From IMG/VR virus record IMGVR_UViG_3300020045_010953, positions 1-32,824 of that record: a stretch of 32,824 nucleotides of DNA; one strand, written 5' to 3'. Shown piece after piece: positions 1-9,499 of this stretch. The stretch comes from a virus. Its lineage: Duplodnaviria; Caudoviricetes. Position 1 is the first letter of the stretch, and each line of letters starts with the position of its first letter. The position numbers and the translations under genes are program-made. The notes under the pieces were generated by a model. It did not search any database, was not told the origin of the DNA, and saw nothing but the letters and a program-made list of their open reading frames with translations.

Positions 1-696
1 AATTATTCTAATTTTGATCATTCAAAAATAGATGACGCTAGTTTTTCAGCATTGGATGCGCTTGCACCTTATGATTGCGGGCTTTATATAGAAAGCGATT
101 CATTAACAATTTTAGAATCAATCAATCAAATTTTAAAATCTATTGGTGCATTTTGGTTGATAACAAGATTGGGTGAGTTCAGTATAGGGCGTATAGGTTT
201 GCCATCGTCTAGCGATAACTATTTATATAAAGATGATATAAAAATGTATGGCGTGACAGTTAAAAAAGTCATCGATCCTAAAATATCAGTTCGTTTGGGT
301 TATAAAAAAAACTGGACAGAGCAAAAAAGCGGCTTGGCTGGTGCAGTGACAGAAGCTAATAGATTATTATATGGTGCTAAATATTCTATTTCGCTGGCTG
401 AAGATTTAAGCGTTTTAACGAATTATCCTGACGCTATAGCAAGCCAAGAATTAGAAACTTTATTGGTAAATAAAACAGATTGTGACGATGAGGCCGATAG
501 AAGAATGGCGCTAGTCTCTCAGGCCAGAACTGTTTTTGAAATAAATTCTTTAACAGCGTCATTCTCTTTTAACATTGGTGATTCTGTTACTGTTTTTTAT
601 GATGGGTATGGGTTGCAAGATGGGGAACCATTAAGCATAGTTAGTATTACTGAAAAAATTGGCTTTGGTTCTTCTGTTGTCGAGGCATGGCGATGA
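1..696 (+). CDS. Phage tail tip/hub protein, 5'-partial
   Basis: Frame is open from base 1 (NYSNFDHSKIDDASFSALDALAPYDCGLYI...). C-terminal 'ADRRMAL...IGDSVTV...IVSITE' resembles tail-tip proteins. First of a coupled + strand structural run. Confidence 0.6.
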   Translation, partial: NYSNFDHSKIDDASFSALDALAPYDCGLYIESDSLTILESINQILKSIGAFWLITRLGEFSIGRIGLPSSSDNYLYKDDIKMYGVTVKKVIDPKISVRLGYKKNWTEQKSGLAGAVTEANRLLYGAKYSISLAEDLSVLTNYPDAIASQELETLLVNKTDCDDEADRRMALVSQARTVFEINSLTASFSFNIGDSVTVFYDGYGLQDGEPLSIVSITEKIGFGSSVVEAWR

Positions 697-1529
697 AAAA
701 TTTTAGAATGGTAATTAAAAACGATTCAGACCTCGCAACAATCACAGCTGGTGCTGGAACGACTTTGGCATCTACTTTGCCAATAACAAATATGCAAAAA
801 TACAACAATAGCAGAGTTGCAAGATTCACAAGCGCTGATGAGTCTATAATCAATGGGAATTTTCCATCAACAAAAATAATTGATTCTGTTATTTTGTGGC
901 GCAACACCTTAAGCAGCCAAGCCACTTGGCAAGTTATTTTTTATGATGATGTTGATCAAACTGGTGAAATTCTTTTTGACTCTGAAGAAAAATATGCAAT
1001 CCCATCTAAAGCATTAAATGAACTCGATTGGGGTGTAGACCCATTAGGTGCTAGTGTTTTTGATGGGATAGGGCGCCGCTATTCCGTGCTATGGTTCTCT
1101 GCTGTCCGAGCAAAATCTTTTAGAATTATTTTAAAAGATGAGTCGCAAGATTTTTTTGATGTTGCTAGGCTTTATATTGGCAAATACTTTGAAACAAGAA
1201 TAAATGCCTCTTATGGCATGGGCAACTCTTGGGTTGACGAAACAAAACAGACCCGAACAGCGGGCGCTAGCTTGTGGAGTGATGTGGTAGAAAAATATAG
1301 AAAAATAAATTTTGATATTAAAAACTTAGACAATGACGACAGAGTGCGAGCGTTCGAGTCTTTCCGTGTTGCGTCTAAAGCAAATGATTTTTTTGTGTCG
1401 ATGTTCCCAGAGACGGGAGGCGCAAAAGAGCGAGATTATTCTTTTGCTGGCAAGTTTACAAACAATCCTGATTTTACACATGATTTTTACAACAATTTCA
1501 GCGCACCATTTGAAATTTCAGAGGCTTAG
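687..1529 (+). CDS. Tail-associated structural protein (distal-tail-like)
   Basis: 280 aa, overlaps the previous stop. 'ARLYIGKYF...NASYG...WVDETKQTRTAGASLW' pattern resembles minor tail proteins; position in tail operon. Confidence 0.5.
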   Translation: MAMKNFRMVIKNDSDLATITAGAGTTLASTLPITNMQKYNNSRVARFTSADESIINGNFPSTKIIDSVILWRNTLSSQATWQVIFYDDVDQTGEILFDSEEKYAIPSKALNELDWGVDPLGASVFDGIGRRYSVLWFSAVRAKSFRIILKDESQDFFDVARLYIGKYFETRINASYGMGNSWVDETKQTRTAGASLWSDVVEKYRKINFDIKNLDNDDRVRAFESFRVASKANDFFVSMFPETGGAKERDYSFAGKFTNNPDFTHDFYNNFSAPFEISEA

Positions 1530-1532
1530 AAA

Positions 1533-2243
1533 ATGGATACAGGCGATTTAAACACAAACCCCTTTTTAAACACAGATGATTATGAATATATTTCAAAATT
1601 ACAACACATCGACACGTCATTAAATAAGTTAATCACGCAAACGATAGCTGCACAAAGCGGTGATCCAGATTTAGCAACACGATTAACCGCAATATTGGCC
1701 GCAGCAGTTTTAAAAACTGGTTTGGTTGCTGAGTTATCAGCAGGCGGTTTTAAAATAACTGGTTTGGGTGATGCCACTAACGCCACCGATGCAGTTAACA
1801 GGCAAACAGCAGTAGCCATCGCAGCGGGCGGTGGCTCGCCTGCTGAGATACCTATTACAGAATTGGGCATAGGTTCTGCGACAGCTTTGCAATTAATTAG
1901 AATAAACGCAGCTGGCAATATGGTTGAAGGTTATACTTTTTCCGATAATTGGTTGCCACCTGTTTCAACAGATTTTAGCATTGGGAAAAACGAAAAACGT
2001 ATAGTTGATATAACATCAAATAGCGTAATTTGTGAAATGCCAGCTTCGCCTACTGTTGGAAACTATTATAAATTTACTGTTTACGGCGATGATTTTTATG
2101 AACTGACGCTAGACAAAAACGGCAATGAATTTTATAGCGCTGGTGAATTAATAGACCCCGATGGAACAGGGGATTTGATTTTGAACAATGGCGACAGTGT
2201 TGAAATTGTTTGTTTTGAAACTAACAAATTTTTGGTGGTGTAA
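1533..2243 (+). CDS. Tail fibre-like protein
   Basis: Contains trimeric adhesin neck-like motif 'KITGLGDATNATDAVN' and a fibre repeat 'VDITSNSVICEMPASPTVGN...LTLDKNG'. Confidence 0.6.
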   Translation: MDTGDLNTNPFLNTDDYEYISKLQHIDTSLNKLITQTIAAQSGDPDLATRLTAILAAAVLKTGLVAELSAGGFKITGLGDATNATDAVNRQTAVAIAAGGGSPAEIPITELGIGSATALQLIRINAAGNMVEGYTFSDNWLPPVSTDFSIGKNEKRIVDITSNSVICEMPASPTVGNYYKFTVYGDDFYELTLDKNGNEFYSAGELIDPDGTGDLILNNGDSVEIVCFETNKFLVV

Positions 2244-2244
2244 T

Positions 2245-3078
2245 ATGGGCGCAACTTTAAGCAGTATAAAAAACAATGGTTTCTTTGAATTTAGAAGTGT
2301 TGCGGCACCAAGTGCCGTGAGCAATAATTTTCCACTTATTCCAATTCAAGGAACAGTTGAAACATTAGCAGTGTCAAATTCATCAATTGCCGGTTATACA
2401 AGAACGGCAGCTAGCGTGTGGGCGACTTCTGCAACAAGTATTGCAGGAATGAATACCTACCACGGAACAATTGCAAAAATAAACGATTCTACAGGTTGGA
2501 TTGTGTCAAAAAATACAGCTGGCACCACTGTAAAATTGTCAAAAATTAATTTTTTGACTGGGGCAATAACAGATACTGTCACATTGGCATCATCGCCTGA
2601 CCCTACATTGGCGCTTGGGATTGGTTTAAAGCTAAACGCAACTTCTTTTTATCAAAGCACAGCACCTATCATTTTGGAATTGCTTGGGAATGGCAATTTA
2701 AGATTAAGGCAAACAACTTTAGGCGGCTATGTTTGGGAGTTTACAACCTCTGGCGCCAATGTTTCACAAACGACAGTTTCTTTTGCTGGAAATATTATTT
2801 TCGACGACTCGCACGGTGTTTATTATGCGGTGGATTTAACAAGAGAAGATGCAGGCGGTATTGTCTCTTGTTATGATTCTTTGAATTATCTAAAACGTTT
2901 TAATTTTAAATTGGGTGAAGTAGACCCTTTTGCAACTGGCGGGTTTCAACTGTTTGAATTTGGCGATTTAATTGTTTTTAATGCATCGACTGCAAGTTAT
3001 GCAAAAGCAATTTTAAAAAGGGATTTTTCAAATATTTTAAGACGTGGAATTTTACAATGTGGCGGGGTAATTGAATAA
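2245..3078 (+). CDS. Putative receptor-binding/tail accessory protein
   Basis: Likely start ATG 2245 (MGATLSSIK) just after the upstream TAA. S/T/G-rich, beta-strand-like composition; follows the fibre gene. Confidence 0.4.
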   Translation: MGATLSSIKNNGFFEFRSVAAPSAVSNNFPLIPIQGTVETLAVSNSSIAGYTRTAASVWATSATSIAGMNTYHGTIAKINDSTGWIVSKNTAGTTVKLSKINFLTGAITDTVTLASSPDPTLALGIGLKLNATSFYQSTAPIILELLGNGNLRLRQTTLGGYVWEFTTSGANVSQTTVSFAGNIIFDDSHGVYYAVDLTREDAGGIVSCYDSLNYLKRFNFKLGEVDPFATGGFQLFEFGDLIVFNASTASYAKAILKRDFSNILRRGILQCGGVIE

Positions 3079-3581
3079 TGAAAGTTATATTTGATCTTGA
3101 ATTTTTCGGCAACACAAACAAAATTCTATATCCTGACGATATAGCTTTTTTTTCCAACACTGTTATAAAAAATAATAAAGTTATAGCAGATTACAACGGT
3201 TCGTTAAACTTAACGGAATATCAAGAACCTGAAAAAATAAAAGTAACAATTCAAAACATAAAAGCAAAAAACGAAAATGAATCCAGTTTTTTGTATTATG
3301 ATTCAATTAACAATTTTATTTCTGTAAAAACTGGCGTGGTGTTCTTGGCAGAATGCACTATAGAAAATTTCCCTATAGATGACATTTGGAACACGCCACT
3401 TTTGCGGAATGGTGTGATAGAGGGTTATGCAAAATCTTGGAACTCTGGCCAAAATTTATCTATGGAGGGTTCTTTTGTTGTTGGTGGAAAGTGGCAAATA
3501 ACGCAAGAAGCCATCAACGATGGATTGCCAGAAGAATGGCATTTTATTTTTCCAGAAATTACAGCAAAGGTTTATTCATAA
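3078..3581 (+). CDS. Hypothetical protein (possible fibre chaperone/accessory)
   Basis: 167 aa ORF coupled by TAATG overlaps on both sides. Confidence 0.5.
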   Translation: MKVIFDLEFFGNTNKILYPDDIAFFSNTVIKNNKVIADYNGSLNLTEYQEPEKIKVTIQNIKAKNENESSFLYYDSINNFISVKTGVVFLAECTIENFPIDDIWNTPLLRNGVIEGYAKSWNSGQNLSMEGSFVVGGKWQITQEAINDGLPEEWHFIFPEITAKVYS

Positions 3582-3964
3582 TGAAATACACAAAAGGCTA
3601 CAAATACCAATTGCATGAAAAAACAACGATTCAAACAACTGTAAAAGGCCACAACATAAAAACCAATTTTATTGAATTGGATTATTTTGGGTTCTTGACT
3701 TTGCGCGCCGGTTACGCTTGGGATGGGGCGACCAGAGCGTTTGACACAAAAGATTTTATGAAAGCGAGCGCTGCGCACGATGCCCTTTATCAATTGATAG
3801 GGCTGGGGCTTCTTGACGCTTCGCACAGGGAAGAAGCGGACAAAACCCTAGTGGAAGTAGCCAAAAAGGCTGGCATGCCTTGGCTTAGGCGCAAATATGT
3901 TTATCTGGCTGTTCGCTGGTTAGGTGGGCAATATTTGCAAACAAAGAAAATACATGAGGCTTAA
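3581..3964 (+). CDS. DUF1353-like phage protein
   Basis: Start ATG 3581 (MKYTKGYKYQL). Motifs 'GYAWDGAT', 'ASAAHDALYQ', 'EADK', 'YLAVRWLG' match this family, which often sits next to lysis genes. Confidence 0.7.
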   Translation: MKYTKGYKYQLHEKTTIQTTVKGHNIKTNFIELDYFGFLTLRAGYAWDGATRAFDTKDFMKASAAHDALYQLIGLGLLDASHREEADKTLVEVAKKAGMPWLRRKYVYLAVRWLGGQYLQTKKIHEA

Positions 3965-3967
3965 AAA

Positions 3968-4369
3968 ATGGGCGACTTATCAACAAATTTTTCCCGTGCT
4001 GAATTCGCGTGCAAATGCGGTTGTGGTTTTAACACTGTAGATTCTGAATTGTTAGAAGGTTTACAACACTACTCGACAAGACTTCAAACGCTGCACCCTA
4101 AAAAGCGAGTTTCTATTATTGTCAATTCTGGGTGTCGCTGTGTTGAATACAACAATAAACAAAACGGCGCTAAAAAGAGTCAACACCTTTTTGGGCGTGC
4201 TGCTGATATTGTTGCAAAAATTGACGGTGTTAAAATTTCTCCGCAAGAGGTGGCCGATTTTTTTAATTCTGCGCACCCAAATTTTTCAACAGGCGTTTAC
4301 AAAACATTCACACACGTTGATACAAGAAGCGGCAAGCCTTGGCGCGGCGGTGTAGGTGTTGCAGAATAA
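3968..4369 (+). CDS. Endolysin, peptidase M15A (Zn D-Ala-D-Ala peptidase fold)
   Basis: 'NFSRAEFACKCGCG', 'NSGCRC..YN', 'SQHLFGRAADI' (His/Asp Zn ligands), 'FTHVDTR'. Confidence 0.9.
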   Translation: MGDLSTNFSRAEFACKCGCGFNTVDSELLEGLQHYSTRLQTLHPKKRVSIIVNSGCRCVEYNNKQNGAKKSQHLFGRAADIVAKIDGVKISPQEVADFFNSAHPNFSTGVYKTFTHVDTRSGKPWRGGVGVAE

Positions 4370-4395
4370 AAAAAAGGCGCTAAGGCGCCTTTCTT
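4368..4395. terminator. Bidirectional intrinsic terminator between convergent late and replication operons
   Basis: AAAGGCGC-TAAG-GCGCCTTT hairpin with an A-run on the left and a T-rich run on the right. Confidence 0.8.
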
Positions 4396-4709
4396 AATTC
4401 TTTTAATAATTTCCTTATTTGTTTCACTTCATAATCAGACACCCAAAAAGTCATATGCCCGCGAACGTCTTTGTTTAATGTGTTTTTAACTATTGTGTTT
4501 GAGCAACCCAAATATGCAGAACCTGCTCTGAATAAAGTTTTATATAAATCTTTTTCAATTATTCCAAAATTACTAGGGTTTTGTTTATTTATGTATGGCC
4601 TGCCTTTATTATCAATAACATGCAAAGAATAAGCACCATAAGAAATAACAACAGTTTTAACACCATCAATTGTTTCAATCGCTTTTTCTAGTTTCTTCTC
4701 TTTTGGCAT
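4380..4709 (-). CDS. Hypothetical protein
   Basis: Likely start ATG 4709 (MPKEKKLE) behind an AGGAAA RBS; last gene of the minus-strand operon. Confidence 0.6.
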   Translation of the reverse strand: MPKEKKLEKAIETIDGVKTVVISYGAYSLHVIDNKGRPYINKQNPSNFGIIEKDLYKTLFRAGSAYLGCSNTIVKNTLNKDVRGHMTFWVSDYEVKQIRKLLKELRKAP

Positions 4710-4929
4710 TTTTCTTTTTCCCTTTCTTGGCCTGTTTGGTTGCAATTCTTTCCTGATGTTGTATTTTTGCTTTTTCTTGAAGCGTTAACTTCTTTCTATT
4801 TGCTTCTTCAACTTCGCCGCTTACGCCAGCAGGTATTGGCTGAATAACACCTTTATTTTTTAGAAAATCTTTTGTCTTATTTTCTAATTCTTCGCGCTTG
4901 TTCTTCTTAATGTCGTTGTATCTGTTCAT
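4675..4929 (-). CDS. Small basic protein with SutA-like RNA-polymerase-binding motif
   Basis: Start ATG 4929 (MNRYNDIK). 'REELENKTKDFLKNKGVIQPIPAGVSG' resembles the SutA core pattern (EFL.xGG.(I/V)Q.I). Confidence 0.45.
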   Translation of the reverse strand: MNRYNDIKKNKREELENKTKDFLKNKGVIQPIPAGVSGEVEEANRKKLTLQEKAKIQHQERIATKQAKKGKKKNAKREETRKSD

Positions 4930-5016
4930 AACGTATCTCTTAAAATTAAATAAACAAAAACAAAAATCAAACAAGCGCACCCAAGCAACAAAAGAAAAAT
5001 AGCAAAGTTTATTAAA

Positions 5017-6099
5017 TTATTCATCATGTTTTTCTCTCCAATCTTGGGCGATGAATTGAACTGGGATGCCATCTTTAGAATAAAACGCAAAGAACCCACG
5101 AACGTGCCTGCCAATAAATGCTAAACGATTTTCATAAACATATTTTTTATAATCGTGCGTGCCGTGGCACAATGCTTTAAATTTTCCGCCGCTTTCAGTT
5201 TCACAATGTAGTATTGCAAAACCATCATCATTGCAAGAAATATCAACAACTAAAAATTCATCATCTATTCTAAATTTTCCAAAATGCATAGGTTTACATT
5301 TGATTGTTCCTTTGGAGCGCTTGCCGCTTTCGAAAGGATAATCTAGCATCCTCAATACGGCGCCTTCATAGCCGCGTTTTAAATAATCTGCCATTATTTT
5401 TTCAATATCAAATTTGCCATTTAAAACAGTGGTTTCCAACAACTCTGCATTTTCGCCATAATTAATAAATTGCAATTTAACAAATCTTTTTGAATAGCAT
5501 TCTTTGCTTGCAAAATCATAACAATAAAAGCGAAGTTTCAAACTATTTTCTTGCTTCTTGCGAACCCAACTAGAAATTGTTTGCAATGGCGTGCCGTGGT
5601 GATAAAGCTCGCCTTCTATCTGTGCGCCAATCGGCATATCAACGCCATTTAAAATGTGATCAATTGAATTAATTAATTTGCCGCCGTTTGAATACGCAAC
5701 CAGCGTGCCATTGTCGTTTACGATTGAACAATGATGGCCATCTAGTTTTGGTTGTATAAAATTTTTGTCAAATTTTATTCTGTGTTTTTCTTCATCGTAT
5801 CGACCACACTTCATCGCTTTTGGATAACCTAAGTTATTTGTTTTGTCCTCGTTTTTCGCTTGCGCCAAAGAATAAACATAGCCAGCATCTATTTTTTTAT
5901 TAATGCGGCTATTGATTCGCATTTCAATTTGTTGCGCTTGCGTGCGACCAGCCAACCCAAACGGCACATGTTCATGGGTTGTGACTTCTTCACCGCCTAA
6001 TACGCCAGTGTGAATATGAATATATTCTCCATCGTGCCCGATGCGATAAACACGGATAGAATCATTGGCGTCTTTTGAATATAGGATTGTTTCGTTCAT
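5017..6099 (-). CDS. ATP-dependent DNA ligase with N-terminal WGR-like extension
   Basis: Motif I QPKLDG, III IEGELY, IIIa FYCYD, IV GYEGAVLR, V TIKCKP, then an OB-like C-terminus. Confidence 0.92.
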   Translation of the reverse strand: MNETILYSKDANDSIRVYRIGHDGEYIHIHTGVLGGEEVTTHEHVPFGLAGRTQAQQIEMRINSRINKKIDAGYVYSLAQAKNEDKTNNLGYPKAMKCGRYDEEKHRIKFDKNFIQPKLDGHHCSIVNDNGTLVAYSNGGKLINSIDHILNGVDMPIGAQIEGELYHHGTPLQTISSWVRKKQENSLKLRFYCYDFASKECYSKRFVKLQFINYGENAELLETTVLNGKFDIEKIMADYLKRGYEGAVLRMLDYPFESGKRSKGTIKCKPMHFGKFRIDDEFLVVDISCNDDGFAILHCETESGGKFKALCHGTHDYKKYVYENRLAFIGRHVRGFFAFYSKDGIPVQFIAQDWREKHDE

Positions 6100-6639
6100 T
6101 TATTGTTTACCATTCTTTATGTGATTCGCAAATAGTTTCGCTATAATTTGCACCAATTCATCAAAAGGAATTTTTCTAAATTCTTCTTCGGTAACATAAT
6201 AAGCCAAAAAATCTTGGTTGCGCTGTGTTAAATAAAAATGGCGCTTCTGTTGTAGTTGGTCTCTATGCGATTCGAATTTATAACGCGATAAAACTTTAAC
6301 AGTGTTTAAAATCATTTCAGGGTGTGGTTTTGCCGAAATATCAATGGCGCGCATCTTGGGCGGTAAACATTCGCGCCATTCCGCTGGCAATTCAGCAAAA
6401 ACATTTTCCTTTTCTTTCGCTGGCAAGCCTATGAAATATTCGCCCAATACTTCTTCGACGTTTTTGAAAACATGTTCGTAATAGTCTACTTTTTTGCTTA
6501 GTGCTTTTACTAATTCTTTTTCTAAACGATACGCGCTGTGAATATTGTCTAAATTAGATTCTGCAACAAAAAGCTTATCGTCCAATTGTTTGATTTTTTC
6601 ATTCAATTTTCTTTTCTGGTTGCGCCCGAAACGTTTCAT
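6100..6639 (-). CDS. Hypothetical phage protein (N-terminal coiled coil)
   Basis: 179 aa, tightly packed between dnaE and the ligase; begins 'MKRFGRNQKRKL'. Confidence 0.65.
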   Translation of the reverse strand: MKRFGRNQKRKLNEKIKQLDDKLFVAESNLDNIHSAYRLEKELVKALSKKVDYYEHVFKNVEEVLGEYFIGLPAKEKENVFAELPAEWRECLPPKMRAIDISAKPHPEMILNTVKVLSRYKFESHRDQLQQKRHFYLTQRNQDFLAYYVTEEEFRKIPFDELVQIIAKLFANHIKNGKQ

Positions 6640-6643
6640 TTTT

Positions 6644-9499
6644 TTAATCCTCGATAGTGTAGTCAGTTAAATCAAAAATATTTTTAATAGCAATGCTGCG
6701 ATACCCTTCTTTTATTTTCCCTTTTATTAAAATAAAACTTTCGTCAACAATCAAACTATCAAACCATTTGTGACCCTCCAACTTGTTAAAATCAAAGCGA
6801 GCAATACGGCAGCGAATAACCCCTGTGTCATCTTCAAGCTCTAAGCGTAGAACCATATGCGCGTGTTCTTCATATTTTTGCCCGCCGCGTTTTAGGACTT
6901 CGCTATATTCGTTCATATCTTTCAATTCTTTTTTTATCACTTTCCCTAAAACAATATATTCAGCGTCTACCGCATCGGAAACATTATTAATGTAATCAAC
7001 AGGCGAAGACAAACCAGCGCTTTGCGGGTCTGTGTAGAAGTAGCCGAACCTATCGCGGCATGGGTAAATAGTATCGAAATCGGTCTCAGGATTTAAAAGC
7101 AATTTTGCAATCGAAGGGGTATATTTTTTTTCCTGCTTTCTCATCGATAAAATTTCACGCGCTTTCTTTTCGGCTATGCCTTTGATATTGATTAAGCCGC
7201 CTACAAGTTTGTCACCAACAACAGACCAATTAATATCTGAAGTGTCTGGATCAATTGGCAAATACTCTATTCCCTCATTTTCAACAGCATCACGCAAAAT
7301 ACGAATAGCGCTTTTGTTATCCTTGGCGTGTCGTAAATTTGCCGCTGTGAATTCTAGCGGAAAGTGCGCTTTCATATATGCACACCAATAACTGATGTGT
7401 GCGTATGCCACGGCGTGCGATTTGTTAAAAGCGTATTGACCAAAAACAAGCATTGATTCCCAAAGCGCATCAGCGGTAAATTCATCAACACCATTTTTTA
7501 TAGAGCCATTCAAAAAAGATTCTTTAAATTCTTTTAACGCTTCGCGGCCTGCTGATTTTGCAATTGCTTTACGAATAGCGCTTACATCTTCCCAGCTCAT
7601 ATCTGCCATGTTTTTACAAATCATCATGATTTGTTCTTGATATAAAATCTCCCCATTTGTTTCGATGGTCGCTTTTATAAATTCAGAATTATTTGTTATA
7701 TAATCTATTTCAGCCTCGCCAATTCGCTTTTTTATAAAACGATTTGTTGCGCCAGATTGCATAGCCCCAGGTCTTGCAATTGCAGTAATTGAAACTATAT
7801 CGTTAAAATTTTTAACGCCCATGTTTTTACAAATACCGCGCAATGCGTCACCTTCAAATTGAAATATTCCATGTAGGCGCATATCTGCAAAAACTTGATA
7901 GGTTTTTTTGTCATCTAGCGGCAAAGAATAATATTTTAAATAATCCATATTTAACATTGCCGCACAATCTTGCAAAATAGTTAGCGTGCGCAATCCCAAA
8001 ATATCAATTTTTAAAAGGTTTAAATATTCGGCACCTTTACCGTCTAACATAATACTATTTATTTCAGGGCGCACATTCACGCCGCCGTATGTAGTCACAG
8101 GATCATTACAAATAATAACGCCCGCCGCATGTTTTCCAACGTGCGAGGCGTGGCCTTGCGCTTCGGTACACAGCAACATAGATGGATATTTGTTTATAAA
8201 CTCTTGCCCAAGGTCGGTAGATTCAAACATGTTTTTAATCGTTTCATCGCCAGACCAAATTTTATCATCGATAGAATCTTTAATAGGATCAGACTCATAT
8301 TTTGGAATTCTTAGCGCTGTTGCAAAATCTGCAATAGTAGATTTTGCTTTCATTCTGTTAATGTTTGATATGTGCGTCACATTATTTTCGCCGTATTTTT
8401 TTATCAAATCTTTGATAACTAATTCGCGTTTTATGTCTGGAAAATCAACGTCTATGTCAGGCAAATCCATACGGTTTATATCAATGAAGCGCTCAAACAG
8501 CAAACCAAATTCAATAGGGTCTATAGTTGTTATCCCCAACAAATAACAAACAAGAGAGCCAGCAGAAGAACCACGGGCACAACCAACAAGCATTTTTTGT
8601 TTTGCTTTGTCGATCATTTCGGCAACTATCAAAAAATAATCTACATATTTTTTTTCTTTAATCAAAACCATTTCGCGCTTATATCGTTCGGCATATTCGC
8701 CGGTTTTTAAATCTATTCTTAAATCTTTTGCATTTTTCTCGCACCATTTGTCTATAGAGCGGAAGCCATCATAGGACACCATAGGGGCGCGTTTTAAATC
8801 GAATTGTTCACACATGTTTGCAATAACTTGCGTGTTTGTTAGCGCGCTTGGTTCGTTGTAATAACGCTTTAATTCATATTGATTTAAAATATGTTGCGGG
8901 AAAATCCTATCTTCAAATTTATATTGATATTCATCGCCGCGCTTTTGTACACCAGCGATAAGCTGATAAACTTTTTTATCAGTGGCTGCTGTATAGTAAT
9001 TGCTATTTGTGTAAACAAAAGGGATTTTTAATTCTTGCGCGGCTTCATAGATCAATTTTGAAGTTGTGGGCGATAGAGATAAATAATCTATTCTTTGCTC
9101 TGACTCAAAAGATTCTGCTATTACAATTACATTTTTCGAAAGCGACAAAACAGCAGAAAAAGACACATGCGGTTTGTAATAAAACAAATCATACGCCAAA
9201 TGCACTAGCTGATTTATTTCTATTAAGCCATCTTGATTTTTAGCAATGAAAATATAAGTGGCTCCAAAAACACCGCGTGTTCTTAAATGCTCATCCTGCA
9301 CAACTTCCAAACGCACGCCATACAATGGTTTGAAATTGTGTTTTTTAGAAAGTTTTTCTAAATAAGTGTGTGAAAAAGTGTTAGCCAAATCGGCAACACC
9401 AAGCGCGCCATTTGCGTATTTCACAAGCTTGTCAATACGGCCATAAGTTTGGCCAAAACTAAATTCACTGCGAAGTGCGATATTAATTAAAGAGGTCAT
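6644..9499 (-). CDS. dnaE: DNA polymerase III alpha subunit (family C)
   Basis: 'RGSSAGSLVCYLLGITTIDP', 'LLFERF', catalytic 'DLPDIDVDF' and 'LLKIDILGL', 'GIFQFE', 'YQEQIM', 'YAFNKSHAVAY', HhH 'IKGIAEK', OB 'LEDDTG'. Confidence 0.97.
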   Translation of the reverse strand: MTSLINIALRSEFSFGQTYGRIDKLVKYANGALGVADLANTFSHTYLEKLSKKHNFKPLYGVRLEVVQDEHLRTRGVFGATYIFIAKNQDGLIEINQLVHLAYDLFYYKPHVSFSAVLSLSKNVIVIAESFESEQRIDYLSLSPTTSKLIYEAAQELKIPFVYTNSNYYTAATDKKVYQLIAGVQKRGDEYQYKFEDRIFPQHILNQYELKRYYNEPSALTNTQVIANMCEQFDLKRAPMVSYDGFRSIDKWCEKNAKDLRIDLKTGEYAERYKREMVLIKEKKYVDYFLIVAEMIDKAKQKMLVGCARGSSAGSLVCYLLGITTIDPIEFGLLFERFIDINRMDLPDIDVDFPDIKRELVIKDLIKKYGENNVTHISNINRMKAKSTIADFATALRIPKYESDPIKDSIDDKIWSGDETIKNMFESTDLGQEFINKYPSMLLCTEAQGHASHVGKHAAGVIICNDPVTTYGGVNVRPEINSIMLDGKGAEYLNLLKIDILGLRTLTILQDCAAMLNMDYLKYYSLPLDDKKTYQVFADMRLHGIFQFEGDALRGICKNMGVKNFNDIVSITAIARPGAMQSGATNRFIKKRIGEAEIDYITNNSEFIKATIETNGEILYQEQIMMICKNMADMSWEDVSAIRKAIAKSAGREALKEFKESFLNGSIKNGVDEFTADALWESMLVFGQYAFNKSHAVAYAHISYWCAYMKAHFPLEFTAANLRHAKDNKSAIRILRDAVENEGIEYLPIDPDTSDINWSVVGDKLVGGLINIKGIAEKKAREILSMRKQEKKYTPSIAKLLLNPETDFDTIYPCRDRFGYFYTDPQSAGLSSPVDYINNVSDAVDAEYIVLGKVIKKELKDMNEYSEVLKRGGQKYEEHAHMVLRLELEDDTGVIRCRIARFDFNKLEGHKWFDSLIVDESFILIKGKIKEGYRSIAIKNIFDLTDYTIED

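Noticed and set aside
3386-3580. N-terminal extension of the 3386-3964 ORF
   Set aside because: Overlaps the previous gene by 195 bp. ATG 3581 with TAATG coupling is the better start.
6783-9243. Several + strand ORFs inside dnaE (for example 7986-8546)
   Set aside because: Antisense shadows of a well-supported gene, with no RBS or motifs. The same applies to shadow ORFs over the ligase, helicase, dUTPase, SSB and sak4.
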